Shown here piece by piece: positions 1 through 14,140 of a stretch of DNA of 64,000 bases. The stretch lies in the NCBI RefSeq assembly GCF_009914755.1, contig NC_060945.1; one strand, written 5' to 3'. Below the pieces are notes generated by a model. It was not told the DNA's origin. It saw only the letters and a list, made by a program, of their open reading frames with translations, and did no database searches. This DNA comes from the human T2T-CHM13v2.0 reference genome, Homo sapiens. The translations under genes were made by a program, and so were the position numbers. Each line of letters opens with the position of its first letter. Positions within the stretch are counted from its first letter, which is position 1.

Positions 1-19
1 TTTGAAAAGTGAATGTTCT

Positions 20-190
20 AAAACTGGGTTCACTTTTGCTATAAAGGACCAGATGATAAATATTTTAGGCTTTGCGAACCATACGGTCTCTATAGCAACC
101 ATTCAACTCTACCATTGTAGCAGGAAAGCACAAATGATCCATGGATGTGCTCCAATAAAACTTTATTAAAACAGGCAGCTGGTCTGAGGA
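20..190. mobile_element. MER58-like hAT DNA transposon remnant
   Basis: taaatattttaggctttgc...ccaataaaactttatt motifs. Confidence 0.65.
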
Positions 191-1484
191 CCATGTATAT
201 ATCTTGCTGTTTTCACACAATTTTCTAAGTTAGTAGTTCCCTGCCTTTTTAACAATCAAGGATTACTTTTAATCCTCTCTTCTGATTTTATGTTTCAACA
301 GCCTTAAGAAAACCACACAAAATATATTTATTTTGTAATTTTGGGGGGGGTTCTTATTTTACTAATAAGTAATGAATGATATATAAAGGCTACCTACTAG
401 GTCAGTATGAAATAATCAACATTATTAACTCTAATGACTTAGTTCTGGATAGAAATAAAAAGTATTCAACTATATATATATATAACTTAAAACCTGTATA
501 GCTTTTTCTGGTGTAAATATATAACTTTTTGAGATTTTTCAAGTATTGAATACAACATTTGTGAATCCTCACACCTGGCTCCCTATGATGACATTCAAGA
601 ATTCTTAGGATTCTGGGAATCTTAGAATGAAAGTCACTGCTCTGTTGGAATGAATGAATGAATGAATAAGAAAGGGAAGGAAGAAGAAACAGCATGTTTA
701 CTAAATGTAAATTAATCATCAAGGAACGTTTATTTTATTAATAAATTTGTCAACTTTAGGTTGCCAAATCTAACAAGATACCAACATGGCATTCATGGTG
801 ATCACACCTCTAGTCAAATTTTATTTTAGTTCATTGACTATAGTATTAATATCCTGAAATACTCAAAAATTCTGTCCTAATTCTGTGAATAATTCACTTA
901 TTAATCACCCTATACACTACTTAATGAATGGAATGGTGCTTGGAATAAACATAATTACAGGGCTAAAAGGGTTTTCTCTAGAGGCAGGTTATAAGATTTT
1001 GTTGTCTGACTGGAATAAAACAAAATTAATCAATATTTTCTGCAACCAGTGGCTTTTGACTTAGTCGTCCATTAATATCTATCAATCACTATAACCTCAG
1101 TCCTATTTCCTCCATTCTTCTTTTTGCTATCATCAAAACTTGTCCATTTTTTTTCCTGTTTGATCTATATGTTTCTCCTCTTTTCTTTTCATCCAAACAA
1201 CTGGATATCAACTTAGTACAGATAGTGCAATTGATCCGAACCCTACAGAACTCACTGTTTCCATTTACATAACTTACATAACTGTCAAGCTGAAATCATT
1301 CTCAAATATTTTAATTCAAAACTTTAATTTCATTTAATCATATTTATTCATTAATTAATTTATTTTGAAAATAATTTTAACTTGTATTTTACATTCAGGA
1401 GTACATGTGCCAGTTTGTTACATGGGTGTATCTCATAATGCTGAGTTTTGGGGTATGAATGATCCCGTCATCCAGATGCTCATT

Positions 1485-1866
1485 TGGTATGGTTTGACTC
1501 TGTGTCCCCACCCAAATCTCATGTTGAATTATAATTCCCAATGTAGGGGAAATGACCTGGTGGGAGGTGATTAGCTCATGAGAGCAGACTTCCCCCTTGC
1601 TGTTCTTACATGGTAAGTGAGTTATCATGAGATCTGATGGTTTAAACATATGGTACATCCGCCCTGGCTCACTTGCTCTCCTGCCGCCATGGTAGAAAGT
1701 GCCTTGCTTCCCCCTTCACCTTCTGCCATGATTATAAGTTTCCTGAAGCCTCCCAGCCATGCTTCCTGTACAGCCTGTGGAACTGTGAGTCAATTAAACC
1801 TCTTTTCTTTATAAATTACCCAGTCTCGGGTATTTCTATATAGCAGTGTGAGAACAGATTAATACA
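1485..1866 (+). mobile_element. MaLR solo LTR (MSTA-like)
   Basis: tggtatggtttgactctgtgtccccacccaaatctcatg...taataca. Confidence 0.85.
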
Positions 1867-2124
1867 TGAGCATAGTACCCAATAGTTAGTTTGTCAAACC
1901 TTGCCTTCCTCCTTCTCCCCTCTAGTAGTCCCAGTGTTTATTCTTTCCATCTTTATGTCCATAAGTACCCAGTGTTTAGCTCCCACTTATCATTGAGATC
2001 ATGTGGTATTTCGTTTTGTATTCCTGCATTAATTTACTTAGGATAATGGCCTTCAGCTGCATCCATGTTGCTTCAAAGGACATGATTTTGTTATTTTTAT
2101 GGGTGCATAGTATTCCATGGTGTG

Positions 2125-2531
2125 TGAAATCGTTTGGAAGGTGGCCCCTATAAATCTCATGGTGAAATGTAATCCTCAGGGTTGGAGGTGGGGCCTGGTA
2201 GGAGGTGTTTGGGTCATGGGGGTGGATCTCTCATGATCTGATACCGTCCTTGTGATAGCGAATTATTTCAAGATCTGGTTGTGTAAGGGTGTGTGGTACT
2301 TACCCCCACTCCCAATCTCTCTTGCTCCTGCTCTGGCCATGTGATGAGCCTACTCCCTCTTCACCTTCCATCATGAGTAAAAGCTCCCTGGAGACACCAC
2401 AGGTGCCATCAGATGCTGTCACCATGCTTCCTGTACAGCCTGCAGAGCTATGAGCCAATTAAATCTCTTTTCCTTATAAGTTACCCAGTCTCAGGTATTT
2501 CTTCATAGCAATGCAAGAATGGCCTAATACT
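2125..2531 (+). mobile_element. MaLR solo LTR (MSTB-like) with 5-bp TSD GTGTG
   Basis: MST motifs; gtgtg at 2120-2124 and 2532-2536. Confidence 0.85.
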
Positions 2532-3689
2532 GTGTGGATGTACCACATTTTATTGATCAAATCCACTGTTGATGGGCACCTAGGCTGACTCCATGTCTTT
2601 GCTATTGTAATAGTGCTGCGATGAACATGCAAGTGCATATGTCTTTTTGGTAGAATAACTGACTTTCTTTGGGTCATATACCTGTAATGGAATTGTTGGC
2701 TTGAGAGGTAATTCTATTTTAAATTCTTTGAGAAATTTCCAAACTGCTTTAAACAGTGGCTGAACTAATTTACATTCGCACCAATTATGTGTAAATGTTC
2801 CCTTTTCTCCACAGCCTCCCAAGATCTGTTGTTTTTCGATTTTTTAATAGTAGCTATTCTGACTGGTATAGGATAGTATCTCGTTTTGGTTTTGATTTGC
2901 ATTTCTCTCATGATTAGTGATGTTAAGCCTAATCTCTGCCACCTGAAAACTGGGAAAATACAGTGTCACTTGTCAAAATAAATTGTTTTACTTTGCTTTA
3001 AAAATAATCAATTGAGTAGTATATTTCTTCCAGCAAAATTAAGAAGTAAACATTTAGAAATGTACATTACCTTGCTGTTAAATCTTCGCACAAGTATACC
3101 AATCCAACATAAAGGCCATCTTAAACTTTCATTTGAAATGAAAGACAATTTTTAAGAGGTTAAGGGCTAGTAATTTGTTAAAGTCCTGAAGTTAAATTAG
3201 CTCAAGTAAATACAAAGACTTTCCTTTAATTAAAGTCTTTTAAATGAACACTTTAAAGCATAGTTGGTTTATCCCTCAAATCTTGTCCAAAGCCACTGTT
3301 TACAACTCAGTATATCAAAGAAGGTTTCAGACATGATTGTGAAGCTCCCTCAACTTAACAGTGTGCTATTTGCAACCTTAGATGGCTATCATTCTGGCTT
3401 TTCTACCTTTTAGCAACAATAAGCACACCAGTCCCATTTCTCCCGCACCCTGACTTACCCCTCTTTGCATTTAATAGATAATTTTTCTCAGAGTGTTCTT
3501 ACACATCTTTAACTGTAAATATGACAAAAGCACACAGTATAGTACATGTGCCACATGTATAAATGTTGTATCTAGTCATACAATTTTCCTTTTAAAAAAG
3601 AAATATTTTATTTTCAAAAAGCAAAGACTCTAGGAATCTTTTCTAGCTGCCAGTCATAAAAATATAAATTCCTGGTTAGATTCCCAAAT

Positions 3690-3845
3690 TTGCCTGACCA
3701 TAAGAACCACTTGTGGTACTTCTCAAACACATGTATTCTGAGTCCCATCCGTGATCTCCTGAATCAGAATCAGCAGGTGAGAGGCCTGGGAATACACATT
3801 TTAAACAAATGTCCACAGTGATTACGATTAGTCAAGCTTGAAAAA
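3690..3845. mobile_element. MER5-like remnant
   Basis: ctgaatcagaatc...ggcctgggaat...attttaaacaa. Confidence 0.55.
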
Positions 3846-5124
3846 AATTTCACTAGGATCTTCATGACTGAATATCCTCACAAACATAAGAAAGTTACTA
3901 GAGAAAAATATGAGCAGAATTTCAGAATTTTTCCTTTGCTGAAATTGTTTGTTCCCTCCTCCTCTACTCATCAAGACCTGACTGCTTATGTAACTCCCCC
4001 AAACCATCAACACCTGGAAGGAGTTGAAAATGATTTTAATGAAGAAGAAAAGCTCATGTTTAATTTCAAAACTGACGGTGACAATAGAAGGGAGAGGCAT
4101 GAATTTATCTTGATTCTAACACAAAGCATTATATTTGAGTCTACAAACGAAATTGGTTTCATTTTTATTTTTTGTAAGTTTTCGCCAAACTCTAGGCATA
4201 TATAGAGGCTGGGCAAGAAAGAAAGAAACCCAGAAATATGGCATATGCAATCCCTTATTTATTTCCCCATGCGACCAGCCAACAGCTTCTTCACCTAGTC
4301 CCTGCTTCAAGCTGACTTTCTGTCTACTTCTCTATCGGAAATGGAGCTTCCCTAAAGACTACCTCAATGTCAGTTACCCACAGGCCATTTTTCCATCTTA
4401 TGTTCCTAAACTTCTATGATATTAAATGATATTACCCTTTCTGGAAATTGTCCTTAGCTTTGATTTTATAATTTTACTCTAACTTTGTTTCATTCCTTCT
4501 TTTATAGCCTTTCTTTTCTCTATCCCTTTACTGCAGACATGTTGTACAGCTTTGTTCTTGACCTTCTGATCTCTCCACATTCATTCCCAAGAGCATGTAT
4601 CCATTTTCTTGGCATCGCCCTTCCTAACTATCTGATTATTACCATCATATAATGATGTTGGTGATGAGCATAGCTAACATATCCTAGGCATTTTCCATGT
4701 AGGTTATAATAAGCACCCTATATAATTTGTACCATTTAATTCTTCAACCCTAAATGATACTATTACTAACCACATTGTATGAGATGAGGAAACAGATTTT
4801 CATCAAAACCATGGAAAGCCAACGTGAGGAGCCCCTGTGTGTCTCCTTTTTTAATGCCTCTGGGCATCATGGCATGTGGATTGCGGTGGAATGGGGATTA
4901 GGAAGCGCAGCACTGTGAAAACACCAGAAAATATGATAGCAGGTAAGGACGCTCATCTCTGCACATTGAGATGGTTTTGTTTCTGAGTCAGGTTTGAGAT
5001 GAGCCAATCCTGACTCCATGGTGCCACCAGGGATCACGAATTTAGTAAGATCTTCGTGGATGCTTGGAACCCAACTGGTTTCTGTTTTCTACTTTAGGGA
5101 AAGAGCCACAACTTGAGTGGGGTG

Positions 5125-5196
5125 GTTTTGGTGTCACATACGCTATCAATAATACCCACCGTTTTGGTGTTACATACGCGATTAATAATACCCACC
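5125..5196. repeat. 36-bp tandem duplication
   Basis: gttttggtgtYacatacgcKatYaataatacccacc x2. Confidence 0.9.
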
Positions 5197-5569
5197 GCTG
5201 CGGAGGAATCACCGTGGACGAATCCTCCTTTCATCCCATGCTCTTGCGATGGATCCCTCTCACCTGTTTACTGATTTCATTCAAATTCTTCAGCGACCAC
5301 AGGACCCCGATTTGCCTTCTCTATCCTGGTTCCCATCACTCTGCTTTACAGGCCTGGCCTGCTCGCGGCTCCTCACACCAGCGCTGCAAGGCTCCCTCCT
5401 CGCCTCTGCCCTGTTTCCTCCAGCAGACAGGACTAGCTTCCTCCATCTCTATCGGGCAAAAGCCTGCTCAGCGTTCAAGACCCTCCTCAGATGCCGCCTC
5501 CACGATTAGGCTTCTTCCTGACCCCTGAGCCTGTAACATGCGCCACCATAACTCTCCACCTTATCCCAC

Positions 5570-6490
5570 ATTGCCACAGCACTCGCGAAGTCCGCGGCCC
5601 TCAACATGGCGCTTCATTCTATTTTAGGGTATTTTCTGCTTGCTTCCTGCACACACAGTTGCGCGAGGCACAGCCCCGAGTGACCCACGCACGAGTGGCC
5701 CCCGCTTCCAGACTCGCCGCCGCAGGCCGGCGAGGGCAGCCTAAGCCGCTTCCCGCCCCCGCAGGGACCGTCGCCAGCCCGCAGCTCTAGCGGGAGGCGG
5801 TTCCACAGAGAGCCCGGCAGTCCCGCCACCGTCAGCACCAGCGCCTCGGGAGGGCTTTCCCCACCTCTGGGAGGCACAAATCCTCAGGGGCTCCTCGAGA
5901 GGGATCCAGGGAGCAGATGTGTGCGGACACCTTTTGGCCCTCTGAGGCCGCTGTACCTCCCTGGCAGAAACCCGGAAGTGGAAATCTCAGCCATTCAGCG
6001 TTTGGGTGAAGATGAAGGCGGGTTCTGGACAGACGTACGCTGTCAGGAAGTGTTTACTTCGCCTCCACTTCTGTTCCTCCCCGCCCTGGTGCTGCTCCAG
6101 GTCACATACTTGTCCTGAGCCGGCTTCAGCCTCTCCGCGCAGAAGTCTCCCGGAGCCATGGCCGAGTACTCTTTTGTGAAGTCTACCAAGCTTGTGCTCA
6201 AGGGAACCAAGGCAAAGAGCTGGGTCCTGCAGCTCCGGCGGGAGCCTCCTCGGTTCTTTTCGGATGCACTCCACCCCCGCGGATCCGGTGGAAGCCGTGG
6301 TGCGAAGAGCTGGCTTCGTGGCCTCCCAGGTTTCGCCCTGACCCTGTCTGGGCTGGACGGAGGCCGGACCGCAGTTCGTGGCGCCTGTGCAGAGAGGGGC
6401 AACCTCCCGCGCTGACGACCCTGGAAACAGGATAGACGGGCGGGTGACCTGTGGCCCCGTACCCACGAGTTTGGGTCCGCTGAGGCATCT
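5570..6490 (+). promoter_or_regulatory. CpG-island promoter of the FRG1 paralog, with ETS/GABP motif CCGGAAGT (5972-5979)
   Basis: Sharp rise in GC/CpG around exon 1. The FRG1-like 5'UTR starts at GAAACCCGGAAGTGG. Confidence 0.8.
5967..6219 (+). pseudogene. FRG1: FRG1-like exon 1 (ATG at 6158; donor mutated to CT at 6220-6221)
   Basis: MAEYSFVKSTKLVLKGTKAK+AG is followed by ctgggtc instead of gt. Confidence 0.92.
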
Positions 6491-7379
6491 CTCCAGGCCT
6501 CTGCCTGGTGGGTCTGCGTTAGTCTGATCTTGTAGTTCATGATAATAACTTCGTTTACTAAGGATTATTCTTTTCTCCATTGTCTCTTCCTGGAAAAATT
6601 ATTGATTATTTTTTTCTAAGCTAGTATGTAGAGTGAAACCAGGATGAATCACACAGTGGTTGAGGTGTACATAGGCTTTGATAGAGATATGGGATGGAAC
6701 CTGCACTCTGTCATTTACTAATTTTGTAATTTGTGGCAAATTGGTTAATATGTCTGAACTTCCATTTACTCATTAAGAGATCAAGTATCTTTAAACCTTC
6801 GTTTACACATTTATACTTTCAGACCATTTTTTATACCTTTAGAAGACTGTGAAGATTAAATTAGAGAACGTATATGCAGTAAATAAATTGAGCCAAATGT
6901 GAGGAGGAGGTCGTCGTGGTAATTTGTTAGCTCTTTAGGAGAAAAATACCTGTGCATTCATATCCCTGCTTCTTTTTTAACTGGCAGATTTGCCTGAGGT
7001 TGACTGTACATACAAATATTGAGCATTTCCTCCTGGTCTCCATGATAAACAGAGGTTTTGATATTGTTAGGCGAGATGGAAAGTATCAAAGAGTGAGCTG
7101 AAACCACTGCCTTTGAGAACCCTCTCAAGGAGTCTGGCCTCATGAAGATGCCAGAATAAATGGCAGGTATATCCTGAATGAATGTGAGATTTTTACTCTG
7201 TGAATTTCCTGTGAGGAGTGGTGAGTTATCCTCTGAAAACTTTATGATGAAAATGCAGACAAGAGTGTCTTAAGATTATCGCAGTAATCATAATTAATGC
7301 TTATATAGCACTTTCAATGCGCCAAGAAATTGTTGTAGGCGCTTTGCACATTAACTTTTTTCAAATCGCTCTTGGGTTT

Positions 7380-8000
7380 TTATTTTTTTATAGCGATGTA
7401 ATTCATAATTATAAAATTCACCCTTTTGTACAGTCAGTGGTTTTTAGTACATATTCAAGAGGTTCACCACTGTCTAGTTGCTCAGCATTTTCATCATCTC
7501 AGAAGGAAATCTCTTCCTACCCATTAAAGCAGTCACATCCCATCCTCCCTCTCTCCTAGTCCTTGGCAACCACTAGTCTGCTATCTATGTGAAATTGCCT
7601 ATTCTGAATATTTCCTAAGAAATCATGCAACATGTGGCCTTTTGTATCTGGCTTCTTTCACTTATAACATTCTTGAGGTCCATCATTGTTGTAGCACTTG
7701 TTCCTTTTTATGGCTGCATAGTATTCCATTGTATGGATGTAACATTTTGTTCATCCATTCATCAGTTGATGAACATTTAGGTTGTTTCCCCTTTTTGACT
7801 ATTGTGACTAATGCTAGTGTGAATATTCTTATGTAAGTATTTTTGTGGGGGTATGTTTTCATTTCCCTTGGGTATACATACTTAGGAGTAAAACTGCTGG
7901 GTCATATGGTAACTCTTTAACTTTTTGAGGAACCACAAACTGTTTCCTGTAGATGCTGCACCATTTTACATTTCCACCAGCAATGCATGAAGATACATAT
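7380..8000 (-). mobile_element. Old L1M 3' fragment
   Basis: ggcaaccact..., gctgcatagtattccattgtatgg, ccattttacatttccaccagcaatg. Confidence 0.7.
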
Positions 8001-8365
8001 TACCTCTTAATCCTCACAATAGCCTTAAGAGTTAAGTTATTATCCTAATTTTTTAAGTGGGGAAACTGACTCCCAGAGAGGTTCAGTACCTTTTCCAAAA
8101 ATCACAGAGCTAAGAAGTGACAGAATCAAGATTTAAAATCTGGCAGTGTGGCTCTACAATCTGCTTTGAACTTTAACATGATATGTACAAAGCCTGAAGC
8201 AACTTCTCAGTATTGTATTTAAGAGGGCATAGTAATGTAAGTCTTCCTAAATCAATAATTTATAAATGAAACAGCTTAAAAGACTTCCAAGTTTCAATCT
8301 TACGATATTTATTTATCACACAAATCAATGTACCTAAGCTCATCTGTATAAATAATGTCCTGTAG

Positions 8366-8435
8366 TAAGAAGAAAAAGAGGAAAGATAAGAGGAGAAAAA
8401 GAGAAGAAGATGAAGAAACTCAGTTTGATATGTTG
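8366..8435 (+). pseudogene. FRG1: FRG1-like exon 2 (70 nt, 1-nt deletion frameshift)
   Basis: tgtag|T AAG AAG AAA AAG...KKKKRKDKRRKREEDEETQFD, then atgttg|gtgag. It is one base short of the phase needed to join exon 3. Confidence 0.9.
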
Positions 8436-9331
8436 GTGAGTCAGTTTTCAGTGCTTTATTCTGAAAAAAGTTAACATTTCTTGAGATCTCATTGAAAATA
8501 TTTTCCTAGTTAGAAATTTATGATGTATTCATATTTGTCTTAAAGTGTTTAAATATTACCTACAGTTGTAAATTCCATTTATTCTTTAGCACAGTAGATG
8601 CTACTGATGCCTTTACTTCATTATCAGAACAGAGCACAGGAGAGAAGAATTACAACTCTCTGACTTAGTAGGCACCATTAGACTGCTTAATAGCCAGATA
8701 TTCTGATACATAATTTTAAAGGCTTAATGTAAATGTTATTAAACCAAATATATTTTACAAGTTATTTTCTTTGAACATGTATACATTTTAGTTGTAGAAG
8801 TCAGTTGTCTCTTAAACGAAGTATCTTCACAGGAAAAATCATTATTTTGTGAACTCTGAAATGAATGAAAATTTTAAATACAATATCAGGGTAGCCTGTA
8901 AATGATACTAGAAATAAACTGACCCAAACACACTTAACCAGCCTGTTTTCCACTTAGTTGTTTCCGTACTTTTTTTTCTCTTTTAAAACTTGGCAAATTG
9001 CATTTTGAATCTTCATAATTTATAGTAGCTTAAAAAATATATAAAATATGGAATGGTATAAAACTAATATTCTGGAAGAATCATTACTTTTGAAATGGCA
9101 AATCAATAATTCTAAAATTAGCATAAATATCTAGGGTAGATATGTAGATGTGGAATTGCTGTATCAAAGGATAGGTGAATGTTTAACTATATAAGAAACT
9201 GCCAAAAGTTTTCTAAAGTGGTTGTGCCATTTTACCCTCCCACCAACAATGAATTAGTTCTCCAGTTACATCCTTGCCAAGAGTTATCAGACTTTTCTGC
9301 CAGTCTGAGTTTTACCTTTTCCGTTTCTTAA

Positions 9332-9576
<245 letters not shown>

Positions 9577-11389
9577 AGAAGCTTTTAATTTTTATAAAGC
9601 TTAGTTTTTTTTTTTATTTTATGGTTACTGCCTTATCTCTTTGATCTAAGACATCTTTGCTTACCTCAAAGTAAGGAAAATATTCTACATTGTCTTTTAG
9701 AGGCCTCATAGTTTTAGTTTTTACATTAAATCTGTCATTAATCTCAAATTAATTTTTCGCATGGTGTGAGTTTGGTTTCAAGATTTACTTTTTTTTTTTT
9801 TTTTTAACAACTTGATAGCCATTTGTGCCAGCACCACCGGTGTTTCCTTTTTGCATTAATCCATTTTCGTATCTTCATAAAAAATCAATTACATTTCTAT
9901 GTATTGGTCTATTTCTGGACTCTGTTCTATCGATTGTCTGTTTTTCTATTGGTATATGTATCTTGATTGCTATAATTTCATGAAGTCTTGAGATCAGATG
10001 GTGTGTGTCCTCCAACTTTGTACTTACTAACTATTAGTTTATTAATTTCTACAGTGAAGCCTGTTGGATTTTCTCGGGGAATTGTATTGAGTCCAGATTA
10101 TTTTGGGGGAGAATCAACATCTTAATATTCGGCCTCAATATTTAATAATTTTCAATGTAGCAGTCTTGCATGCCTGTTTAAAAATTTATTCTTAAGTATT
10201 CTATAATTTTACACTACTGTCAGTAGAACTTTTGAATTTGATTTTCCAGTTGTTTGCTCTCAGTATGTAGATACACAATTGATTTTTGTATAGTGACTTT
10301 GTAGTCTGATAAGTCTGTTTCACTTATTACTTCTAGTGGTTTGTTTATATAGAAAACTAAGAAATTTGCAATTACGTTTCCTCTGACTATCCTTTTACTT
10401 CTTACTTTCTAATCCTTATGTCTTGTCTTGCTTTTTATTGGTTTATTATACTGTCCAGGACTTCCATAGTGTTGAACAGAAGTCACGAGAATGGGCATAA
10501 TTGCATGGTTCCCAAGCTTAGGCAGAAAGCTTTCAGTAGTCCACCGTATGGTATGATGTCTGTAGGATCTGCAGAGAAAACCTTTATCAAAATGAGGACA
10601 TTCCTTTTAAACTTTGTTTCTTGGGAGTTTTTATCATAACGATGTTTAATGCTGTCAAATGCCTCTTTCTGTATTTGTTGAGATGATTACACAACTTTCT
10701 TCATTCTACCAATGAATTACATTGGTTTCATTTTCAACTTTTAAACTAACTTTACATCCCTGAGATAAACCCCACTTGGTTGTGGTGCGTTGTCCTTAGG
10801 GATATTGCTAGAGTTGATTTCTAGGTGTTTGTTTGTTTGTTTGTAAGATTTCTATATTGGTGTTGATGGGAGATATTGGACTTTTGTATCCTTTTCTTGT
10901 AATGACTTTATTTGATTTTGGTGTCAAGGTGATATTTGGTGTCATAAAATTAGACGGGAAGTGCTGTCTCCTTCCCTGTTTTTGGAAATAGCTGTGTAAG
11001 ATCGGTATGATTTCTTCTTTACATGTTTGATAGGATTTACCAGTGAAGTCATCTGAACCTAGAGGGTTTTATTTGGTTTGGTTTTATTTTTTTGTGGGAG
11101 AATTAAGATTTTTTTAAGAGATATTTTCAGATTTTTCTGTTGTCAGTTTTGGTAATTTGTGTCTTTTAGGAAAATTTCATTTCATCCAAGTTGTTGGATT
11201 TATTGGCATAAAATTGTTCAGAATATTCCTTTAATATCCTTTTAATGTCTTATAATCTAATCTGTATTGCAGTCTCTTCATATTGGTAATTTGTGTTTTT
11301 TCTATTTTTTCCTGGATCAGTCAGTCTAGCTGGAGGTTTATCAATTCTTTATAAGATCACTTATTTTAGATCATTAATGATCTTTTAAT

Positions 11390-11597
11390 ACAGGGGTATT
11401 CAAACTTTTAGCTTCCCTGGGCCACAGTGGAAGGAGAATTGTCTTGGGCCACAAATAGAATACACTAATGATAGGCTGATGAGCCAAAAAAAAAGGAAAA
11501 AAAATCTCATAATGTTTCAAGAAAGTTTATGAATTAGTGTTGGGCTGCATTCAAAGCTGGCCTGGGCCACATGCAGCCCTCAGGTTGGACAAGCCTG
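11390..11597. mobile_element. MER30 DNA transposon
   Basis: caggggt...cttccctgggccaca...gttggacaagcctg. Confidence 0.8.
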
Positions 11598-11957
11598 TTT
11601 CAGTATTACTTATTTTGTCTTTTTTTCATTTTTTATTTCATTTATTTTCAGTCTTTTTTTTTCCTCCCTTTAACTTATTTTCAGTTTACTTTGCTCTTGT
11701 TTTATTGCTTCTTAAGAAAGCAGTTAGATATCTTCATTCCATGTTAGTTTTAGTTATAGTCAACACATTTTGCTTTCATTTTCATTCCATTCAAAATATC
11801 ATCTAGTTTTCCTTGTGATTTTTCTTTTCATGGACATTTGAGTTATTTAAAAGTGTATTGTTTTTAATTTCTACTACATAGAGATATTATAGGTATGTTA
11901 TTGTTGCTGATTTCTAATTCATTTATAGTATAGTTGGGGAACATACTTTCTCAGTGA

Positions 11958-12314
<357 letters not shown>

Positions 12315-13857
12315 TGGTTCAGTGTTCTTCAGATGTCAATTAGATCAACTGGTGGAGCTTGTGACTATGCACATCTTCTGTGTCCTTACTGATTTTTTAC
12401 TCATCATACAATGTATTGAGAGTTATGTTAGAATCTCCAGCTGTAGTTCTAGATCTGTCTACTTGAGCAGTTTTTGCTTAAAGTATTTTGAAGCTGTCAT
12501 GTGTACACATTTAGGATTGTTAAGTCTTCCTTATAAATTCAGTCTTTCATTTTCATAACATTTTAACCTTTATTTCTGTTAAATGTCTTGATGCCTAGTT
12601 AAATTATTTGACCACCCTTTTGCTCCTGTCAAGCCTGGGTCTTTGTTAGTTTGTGCTTATTTATTAGGTTTTTGCCTGTAGACTTAGACAGTGACTCTTA
12701 CTCTAGGAAAGATTCATCCTCATGGGCCTCAGCCACATGTTCTAGGTATACTTTGTGAGTTCTCTCCACTCTGCTATGTCCCAAATTTGTGTGATCTCTG
12801 GCATCTCCAGTCAGCCCTCAGAAGTGCCAGCCACTCTGCAGAGGCCTTGTGGAGCCTGTCTGCTCTATGCACTCCCCCCAGCCCTTGGCCGCAGACCTGC
12901 CGAGAACTTTTGCATACTCTTTTGAGACCTCACCTGTATGTAGTTCCCTCTTCTCCAGTACCTTATTCTATAAACTCCAAACACCTTAGCACTGCAAGAC
13001 TCTCAGCTTAGAGTAAGTGGCATTGCCTCATTTTTGGACGTCTCTACCTCTCTCTGCATGGTCAAGAAACTGCCATTGGGCAGAAAACAGAAGTATGTGT
13101 GAGATTTGCCTCCTGTGTTTTCCAGTTCTCAAATATCACAGTCCTGTTCTGCCTGTGTTCCAATCCCTGAAAACAGTTCTCTCTAATATTCTATCCAGTT
13201 TCAGTTTTCTCATTGGTCATTGTGGGAGGGCAAGTCCATCTTGGCTGGAAGAGGAAGTCCTTCTGCATCTTTTTCTCTTTGTCCTTCCACCTTCTTTTGC
13301 ATTGTGGATTTTCTAAACTTGCTGTATAAGTAAGCATGTGCCTATTTGTGAAGGGAAAGAAAAAAACCTTTTAATTTTTTAAAGCTGTTCTGTTGGTTCT
13401 TCACAAGGATCTGAAGGGATTGGTAAATAGGATGAAAGAAATTCTGTCTCTAACATGGAGAATACCATGTGTGACATTAATAAAAATGAGCATGTCTGTA
13501 AGCAAAGAGTTTCACTGAGCTCTGCTAGATTCAGAAGCAATTGAACTTACAACATCACAGTTTGCAAAACACAGATTTGATTTACCCAGGAACTAAAGCT
13601 AAGTAAGCTATGGGTTAATAGAAGGTCTGTGAAGGGTACTTAGACTACAGTAAGATTGGGGAAGAAAATTCCATTTCCAAATCTAAGATATATCATTCCT
13701 TTGTGCCAAGAACATAATGAAGGTAGAGGTTTAAGGGGGCCCTTAGCACAGAAGCACTGGGTTAGTCAGAAGGTGAAGTGAGCTGTCACACAGCCTTGAT
13801 GCTAGAATGAGAGTGCCTTGGTAGTATTTTATCAGCCATGACACTGGTGCATCGGGA

Positions 13858-14140
13858 CTTTTTTTTTTTTTTTGAGACAGGCTCTTGCTTTGTTGCTCAG
13901 GCTGGAGTGCAGTGACATGATGGTGGTTCAGTTCACCCTCGACCTCGTAGGCTCAAGCAATCCTCTCACCTCAGACTCCCGAGTAGCTGGGACCACAGGC
14001 TTGTACCACCATACCCAGCTAATTTCTTAATTTTTTTGTAGAGATGGGGGTCTCCTTTTGTTGCCTAGGCTGATTTTGAACTCCTGGGCTTAAGTGATTA
14101 TCCTGCTTCCACCTCTCAAAGTGCTGGATTACAAACATGC
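13858..14140 (-). mobile_element. AluJ
   Basis: Diverged Alu dimer with ggctcaagcaatcct. Confidence 0.85.

Larger units (their letters stand above)
1365..2928 (-). mobile_element. Old L1 (L1PB/L1MA-like) 3' end, interrupted by two MaLR LTRs
   Basis: ORF2 C-terminal peptides (TIAKTWSQPRCPS; CKLVQPL) and L1 3'UTR. Confidence 0.85.

Noticed and set aside
11253-11263. TAATCTAATCT as a DUX4 site
   Set aside because: 10/11 match in AT-rich old L1 sequence; expected by chance.
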